Origin: Macrostomum lignano
Taxonomy: Eukaryota
Assembly (NCBI GenBank): GCA_002269645.1
Contig: NIVC01001037.1
Location: 186,001-250,000, forward strand
DNA: 64,000 nt
Direction of reading: 5' to 3'
Below are positions 42,947 through 53,248 of the stretch, piece after piece; the stretch's first letter is position 1, and each line of letters begins with the position of its first letter. The notes below the pieces were generated by a model. The model had not been told where the DNA came from and did no database searches. It saw only the letters and a list, made by a program, of their open reading frames with translations. A program made the position numbers and the translations under genes.

Positions 42947-44257
42947 TGGTTTCATCTGTTTTTATTGTGTAAGAGATGAAGCTAATTTCCACATCTGCTG
43001 TGTAGTTTGTACAAAACGAAGCTACATGTGGACTAAGCTTTTTTCGTCTGTTCCATTTTCGTGTTGTTTTAATAAGCTGTAAGGTTCATTGATTTTTGTA
43101 TGAATTTCTCTCGCCACATTCCCTACTTCATAATCGGTTAATTGTACTCCTAAATTTTTACTCGAAAATAGTTTAAGAAGCGTTTGGTTGATCTCGCCGT
43201 TTAAAGTGCTTCAAAGACTTGTAAACAGTATATTAACTTTCAGTTAAAGTTTTGTCAAAATGAGATAAAGAGTGCGTCATTCAATTACATAATTGTCCAT
43301 CCAGTATCCAACTTATTTTTTATTGTTTACTCAATTATTATAAATACCGCTTCGTAGAACCACTCGTACACATTGGCTACTATTTATGCATAACTAAGAT
43401 GAAAGGTTCGGAGGCTGCTTCTGCTGCTATTGAATGCTATATACTGTTTAACTTCTGTAAGTATATTGATAATTTAAAAAAAAAGGTAACTTCTGTTAAA
43501 TATATGGGTTTAGGAGTTATTAACCATGTACAGTAGAAAAATCTGTAGCAACACCAGTCTCTCAATTATTTGAGAGTGCCCATTGGTCAAAATAAGTTGA
43601 AGCTCATATTATAATCCTCTCATCCCCTCCGGAGACAAGATTTATATACTTTTTATCTATGTATACCTATCTAGGGTGTTGTAGCCTAGTGGTTGTAGCC
43701 TAGAGCATCGAACTGTGTGAACATGGTTATCTGTCCCAATTGGGGCAGGTGTAATCAATTATTATTAGTAATAATATTGTATAATATTATAGCTGCCTAG
43801 CATGGGTCCTTGAGATCGGACCCTGAGCCTCGGTACATAAATTTCGCTATCTCAATATTCTGCGTTCCGCTTGTGTGTACTTTTGTGTACTATTATTAAA
43901 AAATTCAAACTCCTGAAATTAGAAATGCAGGATTGATACGAGTTATTATATTTTGTCGGTAGGTTTTTCCTCTCTTGCCCCTGTGGTTTTGTTGTTAATA
44001 GACAATTTTGCTGCTTGGCTATTTTTGCGCATGTACGAGAGTATTCACCCCCAAACCTCCTTCTTCAACTGTCTTTCCATCGTAGAAACATCCATGTATT
44101 CAATGCTTTCTATAATATTGTAATTACACAGTAGCTATGCGGACTAAGGTCTTTATTTTTATTCAGAGTTTAAATCAATCAAGTTGTTTTCATTTATTTA
44201 ACTGCTGGTATTTCAAATAGTTTCTAATAGGTTAGTCAAATAGTTTCTTTGTCAGTA

Positions 44258-44563
44258 TTAATAGTAATAATATTAATTGATTACTTGATTACACCTACCC
44301 CAATTGGGCCAGATGTGCACCCAACAGCTCAGCCGCAGCTATTGCGCGACGCATCTGAAGGCTGCATACGGCTGTTCAGTCCAAAGACTGGGGGGTCGCC
44401 ACACACCCTCAATTACCCCAGCTAATGCTGGCACCCATTTTACAGCTGGGTGAACTGAAGCAATGCCGATTTAAGTATTTTGCTCAAGGACATAAATAGT
44501 TGAAACCGAACCCCCGACCTTCAAGTCGTGAGTCTGACGCTCTAGCCACTAGGCTCCAACCCC
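44258..44563 (-). mobile_element. Full-length tRNA-derived SINE
   Basis: Reverse complement of the 10541 element, including the tRNA-like head and AT-rich tail. Confidence 0.8.
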
Positions 44564-44745
44564 TCTGTATTAAAAATGGTAGTAAAGTATAGTCAGAGTT
44601 GTATGTGTAAGACATAGGGAATTAGGCCAGCAAATATAGATGTCACTTATTTTTTTCGATTTATGAAACGCGTCGAATTTCAAATCAAATCAAAACTGTT
44701 TTCCTCATCTGTGGCGATAAACGCAATTCGCACTGTTAGTTAGCC

Positions 44746-47226
44746 ATGGCAACAAGCGCAGTTGCTGGTATCGGCGAGGTTGAAATGTGCAAATTCTGCG
44801 GCGACGAGCCTGTCGCTCGCGTCTGCACAGCTCCGGCCTGCGCGCGCAAGCAGCTGTGCGTCAACTGCGACGAGATCTGGCACGGCCACCCGAGCAGACG
44901 CGAACATCAGCGGCAGGAGGTTGATGTTTTATTGCGAGAAAACGGCCGCAGTGACCAGCCGTTGACGCAACCGCAGCAGCAAGGTTATCCTTGGTCGTGT
45001 CCGCACTGCACATTTCAAAATGTCAGCGCAGTTCAATGGAAGCCAGAAGATCGGCTGATGTGCGAAGTGTGCAGCAAGACCAGCGTTGGCAGGGAATTGG
45101 TAGAAGCTGGACCAGCTCAGACAAGCAACAGCAATACAACCAAGACTAAGAAGTCGAGTAAAAAGTCTTCATCACCAAGCACGGAGATTGCTTGTCCTAC
45201 TTGCACCTTTGTCAATACTGCGAAGGGAGCAAAAAGATGCGAAATTTGCAACTCTCAGCTGCCATCGCCTTCGAAAAAGCGTGAAAATCCAGCAGCTGCT
45301 TCACCTAATGCGGAGAATAGTATTGGATTAAATGACTTGAGTCCTCAAGAAAGACAGAGGCAGTTTCAAGCTCAAGCTGCAATTGGCAGACAGAATGCTG
45401 GGCGTTCGAATCAGGGAGATCAGCAGCCGCCCAGCCAATCAGACAGCGAATCTCATAGAAAGCAGGCGCATGCTTCAGCGGTGGAAGACCGCGTAGAACA
45501 AAAGCGCCAGCGAACTCAGCCGCCGTCTGAAAATCGTGCTGCAGCTGTGGAAACCTCGGCGAATTCTCTAAGAAAAGAGACGCGGGCGTTTTCCAGGTCC
45601 GACGTGGTACCGGCCGGCATCGCTACAGAGTCCAAACAGCTTGAAGATGCTGAGTATCCACTCTATCAGCAGCAGTTGGAGGAAAAGGAATTGCAGGTAC
45701 AACTGGCTGAACTGCTGGCAGTCCAGGAGGCAGAAAAAAGGCAGTTTACTCAGGCTCAGCTGCAGGAAAGAGAGCAGCTAATACAGGAACTGCAGACGCG
45801 GCTAAAAGAAGAGCAGGAGCAGAGACTTCGTACAGAGAGGCGTTTTAAGAAAGAGGCCACGGAAAGACAGCGGCTGGAGTTGGCAATGCTGGAGCAGCAG
45901 CGGCTGGAGAGAGAAAAAAGAGAAGAACTCGAAAGGCAAGCGAGAATCAAAGATGAGAACAGGAGGCAGAGAGAAGGTGAAGAAATGCGACAACGGAAGA
46001 GAAGAGAAGAGGCGGAACGAAAGAAAAAAGAGAAGGAAGAGGCTGAGCGGTTTAGAAAGGAGAGAGAAGAGGCTGAGCGGTTGAGACAGCAGAGAGAAGA
46101 GGCTGAGCGGTTGAGAAAGGAGAGAGAAGAGGCTGACCGGTTGAGACAGCAGAGAGAAGAGGCTGACCGGTTGAGACAGCAGAGAGAAGAGGCTGAGTGG
46201 TTGAAACAGCAGAGAGAAGAGGCTGACCGGTTGAGACAGCAGAGAGAAGAGGCCGACCGGTTGAGAAAGGAGAGAGAAGAGGCTGAGCGGTGGAGAAAGG
46301 AGAGAGAAGAGGCTGAGCGGTTGAGAAAGGAGACAGAAGAGGCGCAGCGACTGTGGAAGAGAGAAGAGGCTGAGCGACAACGAAGAAACCAATCTCTGCG
46401 GAACGCGTCGGCAGCCGTAGGGCGATGGGAAAGGGCAGAGGAAGAGCGGCTGCGCCAAGACCAAGAGGCTGAAGCCATGCAGAATGACCTTCAGCTGATC
46501 AGAAAGACGAGGCTGCAAAGAGGTAAACAGGTGCCGCTGGATGAAAATCCCAGAAAATATCAAGGTGACGAAGCGAGGCAGAGAAGGGCAGATGATACGA
46601 CTTGGCAGATGGAAGCGGTTACTCATGCCAGCGGTCTGCAGTTTGGGGCCGATGCGATCTCATTTCCATCCCGTGCTAGATCATCGGCAACAGTTTCATC
46701 GAGGCGAGTTGAGGATTCTGAGTCTGTTGATGCTGCTGAAAAGTTGCTTAATGGGATATATGGTCCTGAAACATCAGTAAATGACCTTCACAAAGTAAAT
46801 ACGTCTGATGAATCTGATGAGTTTGATGAGCCAAAAAAATCGTCTACTCGAGTTACTGGCAGAATGAAAGCTCAAAAGGCTGAGACGAAACTGCAATGCG
46901 CTCACTGCGGCAAGTACAGAGCCATTACGGGCCCTATTAAACCTGTTGGTTTTCAGTGCTTTAATTGCTACAAGCACACTTGCAAGATGTGCGGCCGGCC
47001 TTGGGAAGATGTGCATACAGGCAGAAAGTGCAAAGAACTTGACAGTCTTCCAGGAGTAGCCCCTTCTCCAAAGCGTGGCTCTGTGAGCCGACCTGGGAGT
47101 GCACAGATTCAGGTCATGCGGTGCACGAGATGTCGTGTCCATGTGGATACAAATTTGAAAAGAGACTCATCGAATGTTATGTGTCGCAATTGTGGAAATA
47201 TTTTGCATCTTCCGAGACCCTACTGA
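44746..47226 (+). CDS. HOIP-derived paralog 3: B-box - 2 NZF - E/R/K-rich helix - IBR - truncated RING2-like zinc ribbon, 826 aa, single exon
   Basis: B-box CKFCGDEP..LCVNCDEIWHGHPSRREHQR; NZFs WSCPHCTFQN..CEVC and CPTCTFVN..CEIC; EEAERLRQQR repeats; IBR-like LQCAHC..FQCFNCYKHTCKMCGRPWEDVHTGRKCKEL; final CTRC-x16-CRNC without the GCxH catalytic motif. Confidence 0.85.
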   Translation: MATSAVAGIGEVEMCKFCGDEPVARVCTAPACARKQLCVNCDEIWHGHPSRREHQRQEVDVLLRENGRSDQPLTQPQQQGYPWSCPHCTFQNVSAVQWKPEDRLMCEVCSKTSVGRELVEAGPAQTSNSNTTKTKKSSKKSSSPSTEIACPTCTFVNTAKGAKRCEICNSQLPSPSKKRENPAAASPNAENSIGLNDLSPQERQRQFQAQAAIGRQNAGRSNQGDQQPPSQSDSESHRKQAHASAVEDRVEQKRQRTQPPSENRAAAVETSANSLRKETRAFSRSDVVPAGIATESKQLEDAEYPLYQQQLEEKELQVQLAELLAVQEAEKRQFTQAQLQEREQLIQELQTRLKEEQEQRLRTERRFKKEATERQRLELAMLEQQRLEREKREELERQARIKDENRRQREGEEMRQRKRREEAERKKKEKEEAERFRKEREEAERLRQQREEAERLRKEREEADRLRQQREEADRLRQQREEAEWLKQQREEADRLRQQREEADRLRKEREEAERWRKEREEAERLRKETEEAQRLWKREEAERQRRNQSLRNASAAVGRWERAEEERLRQDQEAEAMQNDLQLIRKTRLQRGKQVPLDENPRKYQGDEARQRRADDTTWQMEAVTHASGLQFGADAISFPSRARSSATVSSRRVEDSESVDAAEKLLNGIYGPETSVNDLHKVNTSDESDEFDEPKKSSTRVTGRMKAQKAETKLQCAHCGKYRAITGPIKPVGFQCFNCYKHTCKMCGRPWEDVHTGRKCKELDSLPGVAPSPKRGSVSRPGSAQIQVMRCTRCRVHVDTNLKRDSSNVMCRNCGNILHLPRPY

Positions 47227-48440
47227 GTTTTTTATGCATGTTGTCGATCGGTACAAAGCGATGGTCTATAGCTGCAGAAAGTTAAGATTGGTTATTGCTA
47301 GCTCGTGCTAACTGTACTCGATAAATTTTCGACCATATTCCTAATAGAAAACACTCCTATGATTTGAATTATTCTAGTTACTTCTCTTAATTTCAAACCC
47401 TGTCCTCTATGTGATAAAAAGAAATTCAAAATTAATTTAATATTGGTAGTTTTTACGGCGTACGAAGTCATCTGATGGCCTTTATTGTTTTTTGTTTTTC
47501 TGCCCACAATGTTTATGTTTTTATCCACTCAAGTGCCGTGAATTCATAAAAATGACTGAAAACGTATATTTAGGGCTGTGAGTATGAAAAAAATATATCA
47601 ATGTAGTTTTATATTAACGACAAGTATTAGTATAAAGCCATTAGTTATAGATTCATGATCCAGTTTGACAGTCCACTGTAGTTCAAGTATCGCAGTATCT
47701 CGAATTCTATTTCTGTACTGTCAGTATCCTTTTAGTGTAAATTAGTCATGAATGGCCTCGGATTTTTCATTTTTTCGTTATAACAAAATGTACTAAGCGT
47801 TTGCGTGTATTCCAGAACGGCAGAAGCCTTCGTCCTACAGTAGTACACGTCGACTTTTGATTTTGTACTTTCTGTTTTTTTTCAGACCAAAATATATCAA
47901 TTTTTGTAACGTTATTTTTATCACTATGGTGCTAATAATGCTTTGGTGTTTGTTTTTATTTTTAGTAATACAGGACTAGCAATCCGCCCTCCCCCCAATG
48001 GGAGGCAAAAACTAAAGCAATAAGGTTTTGACCTTGTACAGTCATTATTGTTAGTTTCTTGAGGAAAATGGTGTTTTAGCATCCCCTGTGAGCTTTGGCA
48101 TCAAAACCTCCCTTTAAGCCATGGCTTAACTTAAACCCTTCTCCCCTATGATGCTTGGCCTACCAACAACTTCCGATTGAGCCTTGACATCTCATCAATT
48201 CCTCACTAAGAGCCACAGAATTTCTACAACTCCCCCGTGCGCTTTGACAATTCAGCAGTTTTTAATTGAAAAGTTACCCAGAAAATTCTAATCGAAAGAG
48301 TAACTACTGACGTACTTAAACGAGTTGTTTTTTGTCTAAATGACTAAGGCTGCTTGCGTCACCCCTCAAAGCAGTCACAGTGAGCTAGTGGTCAATACAG
48401 CTGAACACATACAGCAAACCTTTTCGAACATAAATTCCAG

Positions 48441-49232
48441 ATGTCGCTGTTTGACGTTCGCTCGATTGCGTGGACCTGCGCCGGCTGTAGTCTTAGAAAC
48501 GAGCTTCGATTTCATTGGTTCTCCACAGCTGCACCAAAAGATGGTGAAGCTGACTGTGCTAAGCTTGAGAAGCTCCATCAGGCCAGCTCTGAGTTTCCTT
48601 CCTGCCTGACCTCGCTCGAGTGCGGCCAGTGCGGCTGCCTCGCTGCCAGCTGCGTTTCGCCGCGAGGAGTTTTCGGCGCCTCATCATCGTCTAACAAAGG
48701 AGAGCTCCGTCTTGAGCCGCGGCATAGGTTGGCCTGCCTACAGAGGCGGGCTCGAGTTCAGCTTGAGCAGCTGCGGAAACTGACTGACCAGCTGAGCTCT
48801 GTTGAAGCTGCGGTAGCCGCAACCGAACTGGCTGATCAAGCTGCAGGTAGAGAGGCTGAAAAATTGGCTGAAACTGCCTCATCTTCCAGAGCTGCCAGCA
48901 GCCGCCGCGGTTCCAGCTGGTCCGAGCGGCTGTTCGGCTCCCTGGCCGGTCTGGCCCGGCACAACAGACGGCAGTCGTCACTGTCTGCAGCAACTACTGA
49001 CAGTAGCAAAGACGTTGACGCTTTCGAGCGTTGGAGGTCTGGAGTTCGAGCCCAGCTGGCCGCCGAAGCCGAAGCCGCCAGGCAGCGTCGAGCAGCCGAG
49101 ACGCCGGAGCAGCGGCGCAAACGAGCCCAGCGTCGGCGAGATCGACGTCTCCGACGCCGGCTGAAGGAGGCCGAAGCCGAAGTCGAAGAGCGTCGGCGTC
49201 GGGAGGCCGAGACAGCGTTTTCATCTGGTTAA
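48441..49232 (+). CDS. HOIP-family-derived NZF plus coiled-coil protein (paralog 4a), 263 aa
   Basis: ATG directly after TTCCAG. WTCAGCSLRN...LECGQC (split NZF) is followed by SPRGV and a helix (LEQLRKLTDQL) homologous to the 49361 and 50498 exons. The exon structure is uncertain. Confidence 0.55.
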   Translation: MSLFDVRSIAWTCAGCSLRNELRFHWFSTAAPKDGEADCAKLEKLHQASSEFPSCLTSLECGQCGCLAASCVSPRGVFGASSSSNKGELRLEPRHRLACLQRRARVQLEQLRKLTDQLSSVEAAVAATELADQAAGREAEKLAETASSSRAASSRRGSSWSERLFGSLAGLARHNRRQSSLSAATTDSSKDVDAFERWRSGVRAQLAAEAEAARQRRAAETPEQRRKRAQRRRDRRLRRRLKEAEAEVEERRRREAETAFSSG

Positions 49233-49360
49233 CTGGCCACAAAGGCAATTAAAAGATTGTTAAGCTTTGGCATCAAAACCCCCTTGAGTTTTCGTACCGA
49301 ACAAATACTCATGTAACTTGGTCAAGATACTCTTTGTAATTTCAAATTGTTTAACTCCAG

Positions 49361-49885
49361 GTGCACCTTCCGGACCGCAACCAGCTGCTGTGGAACTGTC
49401 CGCACTGCACCTTCACCAACGATGAGGTGCTCAGCGACAGCTCCAAGCAGCAGCAGCTGCGCTGCGCTGTCTGCCAGGCCGACTGCGCCGCCGACGTCAG
49501 CATCCGCGGCGTCTGGCTGACCTCTCAGCGAGCCACCGAAGCTCTGATTGGCGAGGCGAAACTCGCCGACGAGCTGCAGTCGATCGTCCGCGATCATGAG
49601 GTGCGCATCGCCGAGCTGACGCAACGGCTGGAGGCCGCACAGCGTCGACTGTCGTCAGCTGCTCCGGCGCGGCCCAACCTGCTGCTGCACCGAAGCCAGT
49701 CTGAAACGGCCGCCGCCGCTGCCCAGCCTCCGTTGCTAAGCAACCGTGGCGGACTGCGTCGCTCCAGCGCACCAACCGGAGCCTCGCAGCGTCGCTGCAG
49801 TGGCAGCGCAGCAAACGGCAAAGCTGACCGGTCGGCTCTGGTCTACGAGCAGCTGGTTGATAGTGATGAAGAAGATTCAAATTAA
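49361..49885 (+). CDS. NZF plus coiled-coil exon/ORF (paralog 4b); start or upstream exon unresolved
   Basis: After the acceptor CTCCAG it reads VHLPDRNQLLWNCPHCTFTNDEV..LRCAVC..SIRGVWLTSQR..VRIAELTQRL. This is homologous to exon 2 of paralog 5. No in-frame ATG was found. Confidence 0.55.
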   Translation: MHLPDRNQLLWNCPHCTFTNDEVLSDSSKQQQLRCAVCQADCAADVSIRGVWLTSQRATEALIGEAKLADELQSIVRDHEVRIAELTQRLEAAQRRLSSAAPARPNLLLHRSQSETAAAAAQPPLLSNRGGLRRSSAPTGASQRRCSGSAANGKADRSALVYEQLVDSDEEDSN

Positions 49886-50263
49886 TTTTGCTGCATAACA
49901 TGTGCTAGCAATACCAATGTCCGCTAATTCCATGAGGAACTGGCTATTGCGATATTCTCGCTTTTTACCCACAGTTTTTTAAATTGTGTTCAAAAGCCAA
50001 TAGGCGGCTGTCTGTTTTACATTTTTAATTATGCGATTAACCAGTTCAGTATTTAATTATTTTTTCTGACAGTATTTGATACAGACTGCTACAGTTTACA
50101 ATAAATATTGATTGCCAATTATAATTTATCAAAAAGTTGCGTTAAGACTTTATTCTTCATTCATAATCAATTTCGGTTCTCGGCCTGCTAGGCTATCATT
50201 TTTGTGCTCAAGGCAAGATTGGCAGCATTTTTCTCAATCAAATATTTCACCCGTTCCAGCGGC

Positions 50264-52543
50264 ATGTCAGCGGACAGCCCGCCCCAGCTGTGCAGCCGTT
50301 GCAACAGCCGGCCCGCAGTGCTCGCCTGCGCTGAGTGCCCCGGTCAGCTGCTGTGCGACACCTGCGACACCGACTGGCACCAGCAGACTGAGGAGCGGCG
50401 GCTGCATCGCAGATCGGTGAGCAGCTCGTGCTGGGCTGAGTGAATATTGTCACTGATCTGAGTTTATATTTAATGAGTAGCATCGCACAATTTTCAGATT
50501 CACCTGGCTGGCGCTGCTATCGTGTCCTGGACGTGCAGGCACTGCCTATTTTCGGAAAACCAGCATGTTTTGACCAACTCGGATTCGCAGTACTTGGTGT
50601 GCTTAGTGTGCGAGACCGAGAGCGCAGAGTTTTTCCGCGTTGACGGCATCGTGTGCTCTGACAGAGTAGCGGATCAGATCAGACAGGACTCAGGGAGAAT
50701 TGCTGAGCTGACTGATCAGCTTGGCCAGTTAAAGCTGCAGCTCGAGGCTCAGGAGGCTGAGTTACAAACATCTGCGGTTCAAAGCAGAGAACTGCACGTT
50801 CAGCTGCAGGAAAGAGAGCAGCAAATACAGGAGCTGCAGAGGCGGCTAAGAGAAGAGCAGGAGCAGAGACTTCGTACAGAGAGGCGTTTCGAGAAAGAGG
50901 CCACGGAAAGGCAGCGGCTGGAAAGAGAAAAAAGAGAAGAACTCGAAAGACAAGCGAGAATCAAGGATGAGAACAGGAGGCAGAGGGAAGCTGAAGAAAT
51001 GCGACAGCGGAAGAGAACAGAAGAGGCAGAACGAAATAAAATAGAGACAAAAGCGGCTGAGCGATTGGAAAATCGTGTCGCAGCAGCGGAAGCCTCGGCA
51101 AATTCTCCAAGTAGAGAGACGCGAGCGTCTTCGAGGTCCGACATGGTACCGGCCGGCACCGCTACAGAGTCCAAACAGCTTGAAGATGCTGAGTATCCAC
51201 TCTATCAGCAGCAGCTGGAGGAAAAGGAGTTGCAGGTACAACTGGCTGAATTGCTGGCAGTCCAGGAGGCAGAAAAAAGACAGTTAACTCAGGCTCAGCT
51301 GCAGGAAAGAGAGCAGCTAATACAGGAGCTGCAGACGCGGCTAAAAGAAGAGCAGGAGCAGAGACTTCGTACAGAGAGGCGTTTCGAGAAAGAGGCCACG
51401 GAAAGGCAGCGGCTGGAAAGAGAAAAAAGAGAAGAACTCGAAAGACAAGCGAGAATTAAGGATGAGAACAGGAGGCAGAGAGAAGGTGAAGAAATGCGAC
51501 AGCGGAAGAGAACAGAAGAGGCAGAACGAAAGAAAATAGAGACAAACGCGGCTGAGCGATTGGAAAATCGTGTCGCAGCAGCGGAAGCCTCGGCAAATTC
51601 TCCAAGAAGAGAGACGCCAGCGTCTTCGAGGTCCGATATGGTATCGGCCGACATCGCTACAGCGTCCAAGCAGCTTGAAGATGCTGAGTATCCACTCTAT
51701 CAGCAGCAGATTGAGGAAAAGGAGTTGCAAGTACAACTGGCTGAACTGCTGGCAGTCCAGGAGGCAGAAAAAAGGCAGTTTACTCAGGCTCAGCTGCAGG
51801 AAAGAGAGCAGCTAATACAGGAACTGCAGACGCGGCTAAAAGAAGAGCAGGAGCAGAGACTTCGTACAGAGAGGCGTTTCAAGAAAGAGGCCATGGAAAG
51901 GCAGCGGCTTGAGTTGGCAATGCTGGAGCAGCAGCGGCTGGAGAGAGAAAAAAGAGAAGAACTCGAAAAGCAAGCGAGAATCGAGGATGATAAGAGGAGG
52001 CAGAGAGAAGGTGAAGAAATGCGACAACGGAAGAGAAGAGAAGAGGCGGAACGAAAGAAAAAAGAGAAGGAAGAGGCTGAGCGGTTGAGACAGCAGAGAG
52101 AAGAGGCTGAGCGGTTGAGACAGCAGAGAGAAGAGGCTGAGCGGTTGAGACAGCAGAGAGAAGAGACTGAGCGGTTGAGACAGCAGAGAGAAGAGGCTGA
52201 TCGGTGGAGAAAGGAGAGAGAAGAGGCTGACCGGTTGAGACAGCAGAGAGAAGAGACTGAGCGGTTGAGACAGCAGAGAGAAGAGGCTGATCGGTGGAGA
52301 AAGGAGAGAGAAGAGCCAAAAAAATCGTCTACTCGAGTTACTGGCAGAATGAAAGCTCAAAAGGCTGGGACGAAACCGCAATGCGCTCACTGCGGCAAGT
52401 ACAGAGCCATTACGGGCCCTATTGAACCTGTTGGTTTTCAGTGCTTTAACTGCTACAAGCACACTTGCAAGATGTGCGGCCGGCCTTGGGAAGATGTGCA
52501 TGATGGAAGAAAGTGCAAAGAACTTGACAGTCTTCCGAAGTAG
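50264..52543 (+). CDS. HOIP-derived paralog 5: B-box - NZF - triplicated E/R/K-rich module - IBR
   Basis: Exon 1 50264-50416 (LCSRCNSRPAVLACAECPGQLLCDTCDTDWH, donor GTGAGC) and exon 2 50498-52543 (WTCRHCLFSEN..CLVC; QCAHC..RPWEDVHDGRKC). The C-terminal DNA is nearly identical to paralog 3. Confidence 0.8.
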
Positions 52544-53248
52544 CCCCTTCTCCAAAGCGTGGCTCTGTGAGCCGACCTGGGAGTGCACAGATTCAGCTCG
52601 TTTACTGCCCGGGATGTCGTTGCAATGTGGATACAAATCTGCAAAGAGACTCATCGAATGTTATTTGTCGCAATTGTGGAACTGTTTTGCATCGTCCGAG
52701 ACCCTACTGAGATTTTGTTCTTTTGCAAGTTTGGTGCAAAGATTGGGCGACGGCCACAAACAATAATAGTTTTTTGCCTGAGACGTAAGCGGCGCGTCAA
52801 AAAATTGAATCAATTGAAGAAATTTTTTCATTGGATATGTACATTGTACGTGCTTTTTAAACAGATTTATCTTTTTCAGATTGAATTTTTTGCTGTCAGA
52901 TCCAAATATACTTCTATTATGTCTTCTATTTTTTAACAGTATATAATTCCCTTTTTGAATTTTATTTTTGATTTTTTAAACTTTTTCATTAACCTCATGA
53001 AACGGTTTCTTACGCTTGTTTAACATCGCAAAGCCGCTGTTATTCCAGTTTTTTGCAGAAAAGATATAAATACCATTTTTTGTTTGGTTTATTCATTTTA
53101 TAGTATTTGTCTTGCTCACAAGTAGTTCAAACGCAGACCAAGGCCAAAAGAATAGAACAGAGCTCAGCCAGAAGGATCAAATAGAGCCCCACCTTCCAGT
53201 GAATAATCTGGTATCTTATCTCTGGTATAATTCCCACTTTCAGCCGCA

